Shown here piece after piece: positions 24,324 through 34,347 of a stretch of 44,649 nucleotides of DNA (position 1 is its first letter; every line of letters starts with the position of its first letter). The translations under genes and the position numbers were made by a program. The notes below the pieces were generated by a model. The model was not told the origin of the DNA, searched no databases, and saw nothing but the letters and a program-made list of their open reading frames with translations. Source of the stretch: a virus (Duplodnaviria > Caudoviricetes); the IMG/VR virus record IMGVR_UViG_3300017754_003785, positions 1 to 44,649 of that record; one strand, written 5' to 3'.

Positions 24324-25570
24324 CAGAACGCTTCGTCTCATCGACATACGGCTTCGCGAAAGCACTCGACGTAACCGGGTCGACGAAGAAGACGCTCGAA
24401 GCCTCGATGGCCGAGTACCGGGTCCTGATGATGAAGGCGAAGAAGTTCCGTCTCGACGACGACTTCGTTGAGCTCTCGGCTCGCGCCTCCGTCGTTACTC
24501 CGGAAGACGCTCTCGCTCGCGTCCAAGGAACGATCCTTCCGTATGACGTCGTATGGATGGAGTATAACCCGAGGGTGAAGGTCGCCGCTTCCATAGCGAT
24601 GAGCGAGGCCCCGGATCGTCCCGTATCGGATCGCGTTCGGGATATCGCCGCGCTCCTCCTAGTCCGCGATAGGAAGAACGCGAACGCCTTCTCTATTCAG
24701 CTCATCGGACAGGCCGAGATCAGGAACTCTCGCGGGATCGACACGACGCTATATGTCGTCCACCCGATGGCGATTGTCTTCGACGCCGATGGACAGGGCG
24801 ATATCAACCGGTCGGTGATCGGCGGTATCGAGTCGTGGCGTATGACCCACGGCGGGCAAGTAGACGTTACCGGAAAGGAAGGGCTATCGGCCGAAGACCT
24901 CTCCGCAAGCGTCTGGGGATACGTTCGCGGCAACGGACCGAGAGGCTTTAGCGGTCCGAAAGACTTCGTCGGCCTCTCGTACTCCGTCCCGTCTTATCTT
25001 ACGAGGCACGCGGCTATCGCCTATAGCGATGCGTTCCGAAGACTGATGGTCAAGGTAAACGAGGCTCCCGGAGTTCGGGGCGTTAGTCGCGATAGTATCC
25101 TCGATCAGTTCGCGACCGACGTTGCGGAGAACGCCGGGATGACGCGCTGGATTTCGACCGTCCTCTGTATGCTCTCGGAGGTCCCTATCGTCGTAAGCGA
25201 ACCGCGAACCGCGACCGGCTCCCGGATACGTTCGGCGAACGGGACCGGGAGGCCGGGCTTCGAAAAGCACGTCGTGACCCTGAACCTCCCAAGGGTCAAG
25301 AGCCGCGTTCGCTACGTCGCGAGGAAGATCGCTGGCGGCGGGAGGAAGAAACGTCACGAGGTCCAATCGCACTGGCGTACTTACCTCACCGACGTAGGAC
25401 CGATGTGCATCCATCGGTGGACTTATTCCGAAGACCTCGATCACCGGACGTGCGAGACGTGCGGTAGTTTCTCGACGAAGATCAAGAACCACCTTCGCGG
25501 CGACGAGTCGCTAGGCTGGGCGACGAGAGAAGTACGGATAACCGCTAGGAAGAAGGAGAACGCGCTATGA
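24311..25570 (+). CDS. Hypothetical protein
   Basis: 419-aa ORF; C-terminal RHEVQSHWR...HLRGD motif. Confidence 0.7.
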   Translation: MEDLAERFVSSTYGFAKALDVTGSTKKTLEASMAEYRVLMMKAKKFRLDDDFVELSARASVVTPEDALARVQGTILPYDVVWMEYNPRVKVAASIAMSEAPDRPVSDRVRDIAALLLVRDRKNANAFSIQLIGQAEIRNSRGIDTTLYVVHPMAIVFDADGQGDINRSVIGGIESWRMTHGGQVDVTGKEGLSAEDLSASVWGYVRGNGPRGFSGPKDFVGLSYSVPSYLTRHAAIAYSDAFRRLMVKVNEAPGVRGVSRDSILDQFATDVAENAGMTRWISTVLCMLSEVPIVVSEPRTATGSRIRSANGTGRPGFEKHVVTLNLPRVKSRVRYVARKIAGGGRKKRHEVQSHWRTYLTDVGPMCIHRWTYSEDLDHRTCETCGSFSTKIKNHLRGDESLGWATREVRITARKKENAL

Positions 25571-25842
25571 GTATGGCAGACGCGATGCTAAAGACACTCG
25601 CCGTCGTTTCGGAAAACCCGAAGGCCGATCTATCGAAGTTCCGCGAGGTCGCGACGAGGCTTCGCGTTGGCGGCTTCATCGTCGAGAACGAAGACGGATC
25701 GACGACGGTCACGGAAGAAGGGATCGCGGTATGTCTAGCGAACGACATCCCGACCCCCGAGCAGTTCGAGTTCAGGCGTCGTAAGGCGCGCGCAATCGAA
25801 ATCCTTTCATCGAAGGAGAACGGCAATGCCGACCGCAGCTAA
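25567..25842 (+). CDS. Hypothetical protein
   Basis: ATGA overlap, SD. Confidence 0.6.
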   Translation: MSMADAMLKTLAVVSENPKADLSKFREVATRLRVGGFIVENEDGSTTVTEEGIAVCLANDIPTPEQFEFRRRKARAIEILSSKENGNADRS

Positions 25843-26131
25843 GAAGAAGACGGCGACGAAGACGAAGGCCCCGGTCATCCCGTACTCGCCGGGAGAGGCT
25901 AAGGCACTCGACGCGCTAAAGGCCGAAACGGATCGTCGCCTATCGTCGGTTCAGCTTATCGCGAAGGTCTACGGGGAAGCTCCTCCGTTCCACGCTAGAC
26001 AGTCGATCATGGGGACTATGCGGTCGCTCTCCCGTAAGATCGACGAGAACGGCGAGCCGTTCGTTCTTCGGAAGTCGGAAAGGGCCGGTCCCGTTCCGAC
26101 GCAATTCTGGTTGGAGGATCGTATCGGATGA
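25826..26131 (+). CDS. Putative winged-helix DNA-binding protein (paralog of 8828-9109)
   Basis: PYS..E...R.L..K...N.EPF...K..R.GP....WLE.R shared with 8828-9109. Confidence 0.6.
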   Translation: MPTAAKKKTATKTKAPVIPYSPGEAKALDALKAETDRRLSSVQLIAKVYGEAPPFHARQSIMGTMRSLSRKIDENGEPFVLRKSERAGPVPTQFWLEDRIG

Positions 26132-26352
26132 GCATCGGATTGACCCACGACGAGATCGTCGAGCTGACGAGGATCATCGAGGCCCACGTGAAAGGGAGCG
26201 ATTGGGTATTGATCGTTCAAGCGGATACCCATATAGCAACAATCGCGAACATCGAAGAAGAGAGCGCAAACGAACTCATCGCCGACGCGCTCGAACTTCG
26301 TCTCAACGAGGAAGCCGAGGAAGTGATCGAGATCGATAGGAAGGATAACTGA
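26128..26352 (+). CDS. Hypothetical acidic protein
   Basis: ATGA overlap, GGAGG SD. Confidence 0.55.
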   Translation: MSIGLTHDEIVELTRIIEAHVKGSDWVLIVQADTHIATIANIEEESANELIADALELRLNEEAEEVIEIDRKDN

Positions 26353-26353
26353 C

Positions 26354-26722
26354 ATGGCCGACGTAATAGGCCCGACGAGTACGATGCCGGGACATCGACA
26401 TAATCTCCCCGAAGGCGCGACCTGCGACATTCACCCGGATAGACCGGCCGTCGCTCGCGTTCAGGGAGAGACGGACTCGATGGGAGCCGAGCTGAACGAC
26501 CTCTGCTCCGAATGCCTTGCGGCGGAACGCGAAGCACGACTCGAAGGACGGAAGGGAAACTGCGACTGGTGTAATCTCCCGTTCGACGATCTTTGCGAGA
26601 CCCGCGATTATGAAGAGGGAGTACGAGGTCCGATTTATCTCGTCTGCCGGCCCTGTAGAAAGCGCGCCAACGACGCGGCCATAGAAGAGCTTGAGCGTCA
26701 CGACGAAGAAAGGGGACTCTGA
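26354..26722 (+). CDS. Cys-rich putative zinc-binding protein
   Basis: CDIH, CSEC, CDWC and CRPC motifs. Confidence 0.65.
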   Translation: MADVIGPTSTMPGHRHNLPEGATCDIHPDRPAVARVQGETDSMGAELNDLCSECLAAEREARLEGRKGNCDWCNLPFDDLCETRDYEEGVRGPIYLVCRPCRKRANDAAIEELERHDEERGL

Positions 26723-26723
26723 T

Positions 26724-28208
26724 ATGGCGGTTTATGTTCCGAAGGTCCCGCTCTGGTCTCACCAGAAGGAAGGACTCAAGAAGATGCGAGGTAGAGCGTC
26801 CTTCGCTCTCCTCATGGCGATGAGAACCGGGAAGACGCCGCTCTCGCTCGCCGACTTCGGTCAGATCGAACTCGATGGAGACGCTAACGACTTCTTCGGT
26901 ATCGCTCCGGCTGGCGTCTATCATACGTGGAACACGGCCTTCGACGATCATCTATCCGACGATCTTCGAAGGAGGCTCCTCACCTACACGTGGTCGGCCT
27001 CCGACCGTGGGAAGAAGACGAGGGCTCGCGAACTCGATGACTTCATGTACGAGACGAACCGACCGCGCGCTCTTCTTATGAACGTCGAAGCGATGTCCGG
27101 TGTCGACCGGGCTCGCGAACTCGCTCTGAAGTTCGCCTATCAACGGAAGTCGTATGGGCTCATCGACGAGTCGACGAAGATCAAAGGACCGGACGCGGAT
27201 CGGGCGAAGTTCATCGTTGACGAACTCGGGCCGCGTTTCGACTATCGCCGTATTCTCTCCGGCCTTCCGACACCGCGCTCGCCTCTCGACGCCTATATGC
27301 AGTTCCGCTTTCTCGACGAGTCGATACTCGGCTTCAAATCCTTCCACGGGATGAAGGCGCGCTACGCGATCATGGGGAAGATGAGCGTCAACCGAGGCTT
27401 CTGGGATCACGCTTCGGGTCGAGTCAGACAGATGGAGCGTCCAAGGATCGTCAGTTATCGCGACGTTGAAGAGGTCCACGAGAAGATCGCCCCTCATTCC
27501 CATCGCGTTCTTCTCGAAGACTGCTACGACCTACCGGCGAAGATGTATTCCTTCCGCGATGTCGAGTGGCATCCGGAACAGAAGCGCATCTATCAGGAGC
27601 TGAAGGACTTCGCTATCGCGCGTCTCGACGAGATGAACTTCGTGACGGTCTCTCAGGTCCTGACGGAAATGCTTCGTCTCCATCAGGTTCTCTGTGGCCA
27701 TACGAAATCGGACGACGGCGCTATATACGAGGTCCCCGAGTACCGGACCCGCGAACTGCTCGACATCCTCGAAGAGTATGACGGGAAGGCCGTGATTTGG
27801 GTAGCCTACGACTTCAACGTCCATAGCGTGGTCAAGGCGATATCCAATCGCTTCGGAACTCCGGTCGCCCGCTTCTGGGGTGGGAACCGGAAGACGCGCG
27901 AAGCGGAAGAGCGGATGTTTCAGAACGATCCGGCCTGCCGGCATATGGTCGCGACGGCTGCGGCCGGAGGTATGGGAAGAATGTGGGCGGTCGCCGATCT
28001 AACGATCTATTTCGGGAATACGCAGAAGCTCGAAGATCGCGTTCAGAGCGAAGAGCGTCCGCAAGCGGTGAACAAGACGCGAAGCGTCGGCTACGTCGAC
28101 CTCCGAGTTCCGGGAACCGTTGACGATAAGCTGATCAAGACGCTTCGCAATCGTCTCGACCTCGCCTCTATCGTAACCGGAGACAGCTATAGGGAGTGGC
28201 TTGTATGA
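26724..28208 (+). CDS. SNF2-family helicase/ATPase
   Basis: MRTGKT (Walker A), IDEST (Walker B variant), LSGLP, RLHQV and QSEER motifs. Confidence 0.85.
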   Translation: MAVYVPKVPLWSHQKEGLKKMRGRASFALLMAMRTGKTPLSLADFGQIELDGDANDFFGIAPAGVYHTWNTAFDDHLSDDLRRRLLTYTWSASDRGKKTRARELDDFMYETNRPRALLMNVEAMSGVDRARELALKFAYQRKSYGLIDESTKIKGPDADRAKFIVDELGPRFDYRRILSGLPTPRSPLDAYMQFRFLDESILGFKSFHGMKARYAIMGKMSVNRGFWDHASGRVRQMERPRIVSYRDVEEVHEKIAPHSHRVLLEDCYDLPAKMYSFRDVEWHPEQKRIYQELKDFAIARLDEMNFVTVSQVLTEMLRLHQVLCGHTKSDDGAIYEVPEYRTRELLDILEEYDGKAVIWVAYDFNVHSVVKAISNRFGTPVARFWGGNRKTREAEERMFQNDPACRHMVATAAAGGMGRMWAVADLTIYFGNTQKLEDRVQSEERPQAVNKTRSVGYVDLRVPGTVDDKLIKTLRNRLDLASIVTGDSYREWLV

Positions 28209-28387
28209 AGACCTGTAGAACGTGCGAACGTCCTCTCGATGACCCGAAGGACCCGACGACGAACGACTGCGGCTCGGACTGTCTTCGCTGCGCCGCTCTC
28301 CTTGGGGATCGCGAGGCCCGCGAAGCTCTCGCGAAGATCGTCGAGGAATGGCCGGAGGCCCCGACGTGGGTAGGGTATCCGAAATGA
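28205..28387 (+). CDS. Small Cys-rich protein
   Basis: CRTC...CGSDCLRC. Confidence 0.55.
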   Translation: MKTCRTCERPLDDPKDPTTNDCGSDCLRCAALLGDREAREALAKIVEEWPEAPTWVGYPK

Positions 28388-28692
28388 GCCGCCGCGATTT
28401 CCTGACCGGGCCGGAACTCGGTATGGCCTATCACCGGTTTGAGAAGATCGTCTCGGGCGATCCGTTCTGGGATCGCGCCGACTATAAGCGCGCCGTCCTC
28501 TTCTGGTGCTCGGACCTTCGCATCGTAAGGAACGAATATCGGTTCGTTACCGGGCACGTGATTTATGAAATCCGAACGCCGGGTGATCGCCGGGTAGCGT
28601 TCGGCGAAAGTCAAGAGGCCGCGTGGAAGCTTGCGGCCGCCGTCATACTCGATCATCTGACCAAGACGACGAAGGAGAGAGCAAATGGCTAA
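28384..28692 (+). CDS. Hypothetical protein
   Basis: ATGA overlap. Confidence 0.55.
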   Translation: MSRRDFLTGPELGMAYHRFEKIVSGDPFWDRADYKRAVLFWCSDLRIVRNEYRFVTGHVIYEIRTPGDRRVAFGESQEAAWKLAAAVILDHLTKTTKERANG

Positions 28693-28936
28693 GGATACGA
28701 ACAAGCTCGACGTGGGCGTAACGGTCTGGTCGTCAACGACGAAGACCTTCCGGATCGCGGCGGAAGATATCGAGACCATCGTTAAGGATCGTCTCGGATA
28801 CGGCGACCGGTCGACGTTCGACGTTACCTTCGATTGGAAGGAGACACAGGGAATGACCTCCGCCCTGATCATGACCGTCAAGGAGCCGACGAAAACCGAA
28901 GAACTCGTCGTCAAGCTCGAAGGGAAAACGAAATGA
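28685..28936 (+). CDS. Hypothetical protein
   Basis: AAGGAG SD. Confidence 0.6.
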   Translation: MAKDTNKLDVGVTVWSSTTKTFRIAAEDIETIVKDRLGYGDRSTFDVTFDWKETQGMTSALIMTVKEPTKTEELVVKLEGKTK

Positions 28937-29151
28937 GCGTCAGGGCCGCCGTCTACATCGGAGACATCGAAGAGCTTCGCGGGAAGACCGCGCTGATCCG
29001 GAACGACGTAGGAGTCCCGACGGGTCGGGTAGAAGCGATGTTCGACGATGAAGACCTCGTCGATACGCGAGGCGCAAAGACGAAGTGGCTCGGTCTCGAA
29101 TGGCATCGTTTCCCGGAGAGCGACTTTGAACCAATCCGAAACGCCGAATGA
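28933..29151 (+). CDS. Hypothetical protein
   Basis: ATGA overlap. Confidence 0.55.
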   Translation: MSVRAAVYIGDIEELRGKTALIRNDVGVPTGRVEAMFDDEDLVDTRGAKTKWLGLEWHRFPESDFEPIRNAE

Positions 29152-29512
29152 GGTCAGGCTCTATCTCGATAAGAACGGCGACGAATACGCGACGGTCGAT
29201 GCAAGCCTATACGCGAAGATCGTCGCGCTCGGCCCGTGGTACATCCACGCGGCAAGGAAGTGTCTTTACGTCCGCTCTTGGAGGAGCGGTCATAGGCGCG
29301 AGTATCTTCACCACGTCGTTCAGCGACTGCTAGGCCGAAGACGACCTAGCGAAGAACACGTCGTGAGACACCTCAACGGGGATACGTTCGTCAACACGGG
29401 CGGCAATCTCCGTTGGGGAACGAAGAGTAAGAACAGGAAGGACGTACCCTATGTCGAAAGGAACAGGAAAAATGGCGAAGAAAAAGGCGACCCCGAAGGC
29501 GAGCGTTCGTAG
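29048..29512 (+). CDS. HNH endonuclease
   Basis: YLHHVV...VVRHLNGD..VN...NLRWGT..KN; start uncertain. Confidence 0.75.
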   Translation: MKTSSIREAQRRSGSVSNGIVSRRATLNQSETPNEVRLYLDKNGDEYATVDASLYAKIVALGPWYIHAARKCLYVRSWRSGHRREYLHHVVQRLLGRRRPSEEHVVRHLNGDTFVNTGGNLRWGTKSKNRKDVPYVERNRKNGEEKGDPEGERS

Positions 29513-31097
29513 CGAACCGGTCCACGACCACGAAGCGGACTACGCCGCGCTTCTCAAGTCCGTGAAGGATCGCTTCGCGGAGGTATCGAAGCGTCCGCTA
29601 TTCGAGACCGATGCGGGCGACTTCAATCTGAACGGCCTGTACCTCTCGAACATCCCGCAGGAAGGAGGAGAGCGGGCGGTTCATAATTGCTCGGCCTGCC
29701 GAAACTTCCTTCATCGCTTCGGCGGTCTCGTTGTGATCGGCGAGGAAGGGAACATCGAGTCGGCCGTATGGGAACCGGCTACCGTTCCGCCGTTCTATCT
29801 CGATGCGGTCGCATCGCTGAAGTTCCGCGTCGAGTCGTCTCCGATCAAGGGGCCGTTCTATACGAGCGAAGCGGTTCTCGGGACGCCGACGACGGGAATG
29901 TGGTCGCACTTCTCCGTCGTCGCTCACTCGATCTTTCGAAGCCCGCTCCTGACCGCTCGTCAGAAGATGGCCGAGAAGCGCGAGAGCTTCCGGACGCTAG
30001 AGCGTGCGCTAGGCGAGTTCGATCCGAAGAAGATCAAGCTCGTTCTCGACATCCTCGAAGGCGGCTATCTCGACAGGTCGGAAAAGTTCGTTGCGCCGAT
30101 CCGCTGGCTCTACGATCTTCAGAGCCGGTATCTCGCGACGAAGAACCGAAGGCTCCGCTCCAACTTCGTCTGGGCCGCTCTCTCCGTCGCTCCGGAAGGT
30201 TATCTTCATCCGAGAGCATCGGTCACGGGATCGCTGATCGAGGACATCGAACGCGGCCTCTCCGTCGAAGAGGCACGGAAGCGGTTCAACGCGAAGGTCG
30301 GAGGTCTCGACTATCAGAGGCCGAAGGCCGCGCCGACGGCCGGGAACATCGAGGCGGCGGAGAAGATCGCCGAACGCCTCGGGATCGCGCGTTCACTCGA
30401 AAGGCGTTTCGCGCGGATCGAAGAGGTTCCCAAGCTCTGGGAGCCCAAGGCGAAGGAGACGAAGAAAGAAGGCGGCATCTTCTCTCACCTGTCGAAGAGC
30501 GAAGAACCGACAGTCGCGAGCATCGGGTCCGTACCGATCACGTGGGAGAAGTTCGCTCGCGAGGTTCTTCCGAAGACCGAGACGATCTCTGTTCTTATCC
30601 CGAATGCGCGATGCAACTTCATCGGTATGACGACGGCGCTATACCCGGACGCGCCTCCGCTCATCCGATGGGATCGCGAGGAAGAGAGGAACCCGTTCTC
30701 GTGGTACGTCTACAACAGTGGATCACGACCGCAGTATTGGAACCTTTCGCCGGGCTGGGCATCGGTCAGCGCGGTCGTCGCTCTACCGAACCTCTGGGGG
30801 AACTCGCCTCAGCCGCAACACGGCGAAGGCGCTATCCTCGTTATCGATGGAGCGCGCGATGTCGTGAAACGGGAAGGGAGCGGCAACGTGATCTTCCCCG
30901 AGCACGTTCGAAGCGAACTCCATCCGGTTCGCTCGACCATCGAAGCGTTTTCTTCGAAGGCTACGCTTCACGGAGCGAAGGAGGCGACCGCCTGCGGGAT
31001 CGATCTTCGTAAGCAACGTCAGTCGGCGATTAATCTCGTCATCGCCGTCCGGATCGGAGACCTCCGCGTGACGTACCGTCTCGACCGCTGGGACTGA
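29472..31097 (+). CDS. Large hypothetical phage protein
   Basis: 541-aa ORF with HNCSACRNF motif; followed by a terminator. Confidence 0.75.
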   Translation: MAKKKATPKASVRSEPVHDHEADYAALLKSVKDRFAEVSKRPLFETDAGDFNLNGLYLSNIPQEGGERAVHNCSACRNFLHRFGGLVVIGEEGNIESAVWEPATVPPFYLDAVASLKFRVESSPIKGPFYTSEAVLGTPTTGMWSHFSVVAHSIFRSPLLTARQKMAEKRESFRTLERALGEFDPKKIKLVLDILEGGYLDRSEKFVAPIRWLYDLQSRYLATKNRRLRSNFVWAALSVAPEGYLHPRASVTGSLIEDIERGLSVEEARKRFNAKVGGLDYQRPKAAPTAGNIEAAEKIAERLGIARSLERRFARIEEVPKLWEPKAKETKKEGGIFSHLSKSEEPTVASIGSVPITWEKFAREVLPKTETISVLIPNARCNFIGMTTALYPDAPPLIRWDREEERNPFSWYVYNSGSRPQYWNLSPGWASVSAVVALPNLWGNSPQPQHGEGAILVIDGARDVVKREGSGNVIFPEHVRSELHPVRSTIEAFSSKATLHGAKEATACGIDLRKQRQSAINLVIAVRIGDLRVTYRLDRWD

Positions 31098-31121
31098 TCC
31101 GACCCGGCCGAACCGCTAAAA

Positions 31122-31175
31122 GAAAAGGCCCCTCCGGGGCTCCCGTTCTGGGAGCTTCGGTAGGGGCCTTTTTTC
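31122..31175. terminator. Likely bidirectional intrinsic terminator
   Basis: GAAAAGGCCCCT CCGGGGCTCCC GTTCT GGGAGCTTCGG T AGGGGCCTTTTTTC, between convergent gene blocks. Confidence 0.8.
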
Positions 31176-31236
31176 GTTCCTACGGGGCGACGGGCCGGGG
31201 AAGGTCCGGGAGTAGCGGACGGGTCCGGGAAAGGCC

Positions 31237-31260
31237 CCTAGCGGCCTCCCTAGCGGCCTC
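31237..31260. repeat. 12-bp tandem duplication
   Basis: CCTAGCGGCCTC x2. Confidence 0.8.
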
Positions 31261-31662
31261 TCCGGGGCGACTCGAATAGGCCCGGCCGGGGCGGCCCACT
31301 TTTCCGGGGCGATTTCGGCCCGTTTCCGGGCTTTTTCCGGGAGGGGCCTTTTAAGGGCTCTAGGAGCCCCGCCAGAGGGCTTCCCGGCCGGGAGGGCTCT
31401 CCGTAGCTCCCGGAACGGGGAAGGCCCCTCAGCGTCAGGATTTACCTACCCAGCGCACGGGCCTCCGGGAGCCCCGGAACGGGGAACCGGGGCGGGGCCG
31501 GGACGGTCCGGGAGCCCGGAACCACCTAACCGGTTAGACAGAAAGTGGGGCTCCTCTCCCCGGACCCGGAACAGGGGACGGGAGGGGGAAAGGAGCCCCG
31601 AGCGTAAGGAGGCTCTGCCGGGAGGAGCGGTGCCGTTTTCCCTACGCTCTAACTCGCGTCGA

Positions 31663-31860
31663 TCAGATATCGCGAGACGTGTCGTGAAGCGCGGCCTTGT
31701 CGCTCTTGATCTGAGCTTCAAGGGTGTCCCACTCAGGCTCGCTGGGCTTCCTGTTCTCGTCGATGATCGTCTGGACCTTCGTGTACGTCTCGTAAGTCGC
31801 GAGGCCGGTCTTAATCAGCTCCGGGATGAGCGGAACGAAGTCGGTTAGAAGCTTGAGCAT
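31663..31860 (-). CDS. Small hypothetical protein at the end of the lysis cassette
   Basis: AAGGAG SD on the - strand. Confidence 0.65.
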   Translation of the reverse strand: MLKLLTDFVPLIPELIKTGLATYETYTKVQTIIDENRKPSEPEWDTLEAQIKSDKAALHDTSRDI

Positions 31861-31893
31861 TGATTGACTCCTTCAGGGGTTTGATCGTCGCGC

Positions 31894-32325
31894 TTACTTC
31901 GGCGCGTTCGGATTGAGGACCTCAACGACGGCGCGGAAACCCGCCACGGCTCGCTGGGCATCGGCCACGGCGTTCGCGAGAGCCAACGACGTTCGCGTCG
32001 GACTCCGCGCGATATCGGCCGCGCTCTTCGTCGCGATATCGGCCGCCGTATCGTACTTGCGGAGCGTTACCACCGCCGCCTGATCGGAACACGGCAGTTT
32101 CTGCGCCGCCGAGCAGCGCGGAAGCGCCGCATACTGAGCGGCGAAGCGAAGGAGACCCGAGTACGTCGAGCGGGTCGCGAACGCGGCTTGCTCCATCGCC
32201 GTCTGATCGACCGTTCCGACAACCGGGTATGTCGGCCCCTTCGTCTGATCACCCGAGCAGGCCCCGAGAAAGAAGAACGCGCCGAGAAGTACCGCCGCCG
32301 CGAGACCGGAGAAATAGTTTTTCAT
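31894..32325 (-). CDS. Lipoprotein (possible o-spanin / lysis accessory)
   Basis: Signal peptide with LGAC lipobox; downstream of the endolysin. Confidence 0.6.
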   Translation of the reverse strand: MKNYFSGLAAAVLLGAFFFLGACSGDQTKGPTYPVVGTVDQTAMEQAAFATRSTYSGLLRFAAQYAALPRCSAAQKLPCSDQAAVVTLRKYDTAADIATKSAADIARSPTRTSLALANAVADAQRAVAGFRAVVEVLNPNAPK

Positions 32326-32342
32326 CGTTTCGTTTCCTTCGT

Positions 32343-32879
32343 TCAGACCGGGAAGACGCCCGGCACGCTGTCGTCCATCGCGGCTGACTTCGCACTGTCC
32401 GAAGCGCCGTGACCTACTTTGACTTCGACTCCCGGCATAGCTCCGGCAGCCGTAACGACCGCCGCGTCCGGTAGGGACGCGACGATGTTCGCTTGATCCT
32501 GAAGCGATAGGTTCGCTACCGCCGCCGCCGTCGCTTCGGGAGGCATCGCGAGGATCGCTTCGACCTTCGCTTCATTCGGAAGGGCTTCCGCGATCTGAGC
32601 GAACGCCTTCGGAGGAATGTTCGCGATGGCCTTGACCTTCTCTTCGACCGGCATGTTCGCGACGTTCTTGACCTGCTCCGAACTCGTCTGCCCGGCCGCG
32701 AGCCATACGGTTGCGAGGACCGGAGTAATCACGACGAGGGCGTCGAGATACATCTTCGTTTCCTCGTCGGAAAGGCCGAGCTTCTTCGTCAAGAACCAAG
32801 CGATGAGTCCGGTGCTTCCGAAGATAGCCTTGCCGATGATCTTCCACTGCTGCTCATTGAGCCCAAACGTCTTCTGCAT
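32343..32879 (-). CDS. Membrane protein (holin- or spanin-like)
   Basis: Two N-terminal hydrophobic segments followed by short imperfect helical repeats; next to the endolysin. Confidence 0.5.
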   Translation of the reverse strand: MQKTFGLNEQQWKIIGKAIFGSTGLIAWFLTKKLGLSDEETKMYLDALVVITPVLATVWLAAGQTSSEQVKNVANMPVEEKVKAIANIPPKAFAQIAEALPNEAKVEAILAMPPEATAAAVANLSLQDQANIVASLPDAAVVTAAGAMPGVEVKVGHGASDSAKSAAMDDSVPGVFPV

Positions 32880-32894
32880 TTCTTCGTTCCCCTT

Positions 32895-33692
32895 CTACGC
32901 CGCGAGATAGCGACGGGTTGTGTCGCCGACGACGCCGTCATCGCCGATGCCGACCGAACGCTGGAAAGCCTTGACCGCTTCCTTCGTACCGTTTCCGAAG
33001 TCGCCGTCAACGCCTTTCGGGTTGAAGCCCTTCGCGATAAGAGCGCGCTGAAGGTCCTTAACGTCCTCGCCTTTGAGGCCGTAGTAGAGAAGCCGCGCCG
33101 GAAGCTCTTCCTTCCCATCGAGTGCCGCGAAGAACGCTCGCGAAATATCGGCGATCTCTTCGGCTCGATCCGTTCCGTTGACGACGTATCGAGCGGCGAC
33201 CCAGCTCGATGAGGTCGGCGTGAAGTAGTCTTCGAGCGCTTTCCCCGTATAGTCGCCGCGCATGCTTTCGCCCCTGAGCATACCTTCGAACATGACCGCG
33301 ATGGCGACCTCCGGGATCAACGCCTGCTCCGGATGCTTTACGAGGTCGAAGTCCGGGATATGGCGGAACTTATGACGAAGAAGCTCCGTCATCTTTCGAT
33401 AGTTCCGTTCCCACGTGAGCTGGGGAAGTCCGCGCCCATAGTACGGATAGTAGCGAAGGTTGTCCCGACGCCATTCCTCGCTCAGCCAGTACGCCTCGAT
33501 CACCGGCTGCATCGTCGAAGCCGTTTCGTGCTTCGTCGTTCCGAGCATGTACGCGAGAAGCCGCTTGTCGGTCAGCTTCTGACGTTCCCACTCGTCGATG
33601 ATCCGGATCATCCCTTCCTTCTGGGAAGCGTTCATCTTCCCGTTGAAGAGCGTCCGGTTGACGATACGAAAGAACTTTTCCCTGTCGATCAT
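32895..33692 (-). CDS. Endolysin (GH19/lysozyme-like plus C-terminal peptidoglycan-binding domain)
   Basis: AYMLGT.KHET, YYGRG..QLTWERNY, AARYVVNG.DRA; DGDFGNGTKEAVKAFQ...DGVVG..T. Confidence 0.9.
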   Translation of the reverse strand: MIDREKFFRIVNRTLFNGKMNASQKEGMIRIIDEWERQKLTDKRLLAYMLGTTKHETASTMQPVIEAYWLSEEWRRDNLRYYPYYGRGLPQLTWERNYRKMTELLRHKFRHIPDFDLVKHPEQALIPEVAIAVMFEGMLRGESMRGDYTGKALEDYFTPTSSSWVAARYVVNGTDRAEEIADISRAFFAALDGKEELPARLLYYGLKGEDVKDLQRALIAKGFNPKGVDGDFGNGTKEAVKAFQRSVGIGDDGVVGDTTRRYLAA

Positions 33693-33713
33693 CGATCTTC
33701 CTCCAAGGCCGCG

Positions 33714-34106
33714 TCAGGCGGCCAAAATCAAAAGCCCGGATAGGGCGGATACCAAACCGAAGACGATCAGGACGCTATTCCCGAAGGACGCCATCGTGAT
33801 CACCTTGACCGAGGCGAGACTCGAAAGAAGTATCAGGGTGTTCGCCGCGATCAGCGATATGTCGATCATCGGATCGCCCCACGAACTCTTCCCCGTCTTA
33901 ATCGAAACGATCATAGAGAAGAGTACGAAGAGGGCAGACCACGCTATTGCCCGGTTCAGGGTTATTCGACGAGCGTAGCTATGAGCCGGAACCCTCGCTT
34001 CAAAAACCCGATACCAAGCGACTAGCATGGCGAGAAAATAAACGGCTGCCGTCATACCTGCGGTAGCCGCCACGAGCTTATCGATCACGCCCCCTTCTAT
34101 CGTCAT
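33714..34106 (-). CDS. Multi-pass membrane protein (holin candidate)
   Basis: About 4 hydrophobic segments; directly upstream of the endolysin. Confidence 0.55.
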   Translation of the reverse strand: MTIEGGVIDKLVAATAGMTAAVYFLAMLVAWYRVFEARVPAHSYARRITLNRAIAWSALFVLFSMIVSIKTGKSSWGDPMIDISLIAANTLILLSSLASVKVITMASFGNSVLIVFGLVSALSGLLILAA

Positions 34107-34347
34107 CGGATGTTCCTCCCGTCAGATCGCTCGCCAGCATAAGGACACTCTCGTCGAGGTCAACCGAGACCTCTTCGATGACCTTCTTCGCGGCGTTAGC
34201 CAATACGGCCGCCGTCCCGAGGGTCTGTTTGAGCGAGTCCCTCATCAGATTGGCTGCTATCTGATTAGGAATGGCTTCCGTCTGGAGCTTGGCGAGTTCA
34301 CGCTCCATCCTGACTATTCTCATCTCGCCTTCGTTAAGAGCGAGCAT
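34078..34347 (-). CDS. Hypothetical protein
   Basis: Overlap-coupled ORF with GGAG SD. Confidence 0.5.
   Translation of the reverse strand: MLALNEGEMRIVRMERELAKLQTEAIPNQIAANLMRDSLKQTLGTAAVLANAAKKVIEEVSVDLDESVLMLASDLTGGTSDDDRRGRDR

Noticed and set aside
29687-31012. Long alternative-frame or antisense ORFs (also 10142-11188, 17098-18375, 21920-23059, 34271-35470, 38528-39595)
   Set aside because: They are shadow ORFs overlapping better-supported genes, as expected in high-GC DNA, and show no recognisable motifs.
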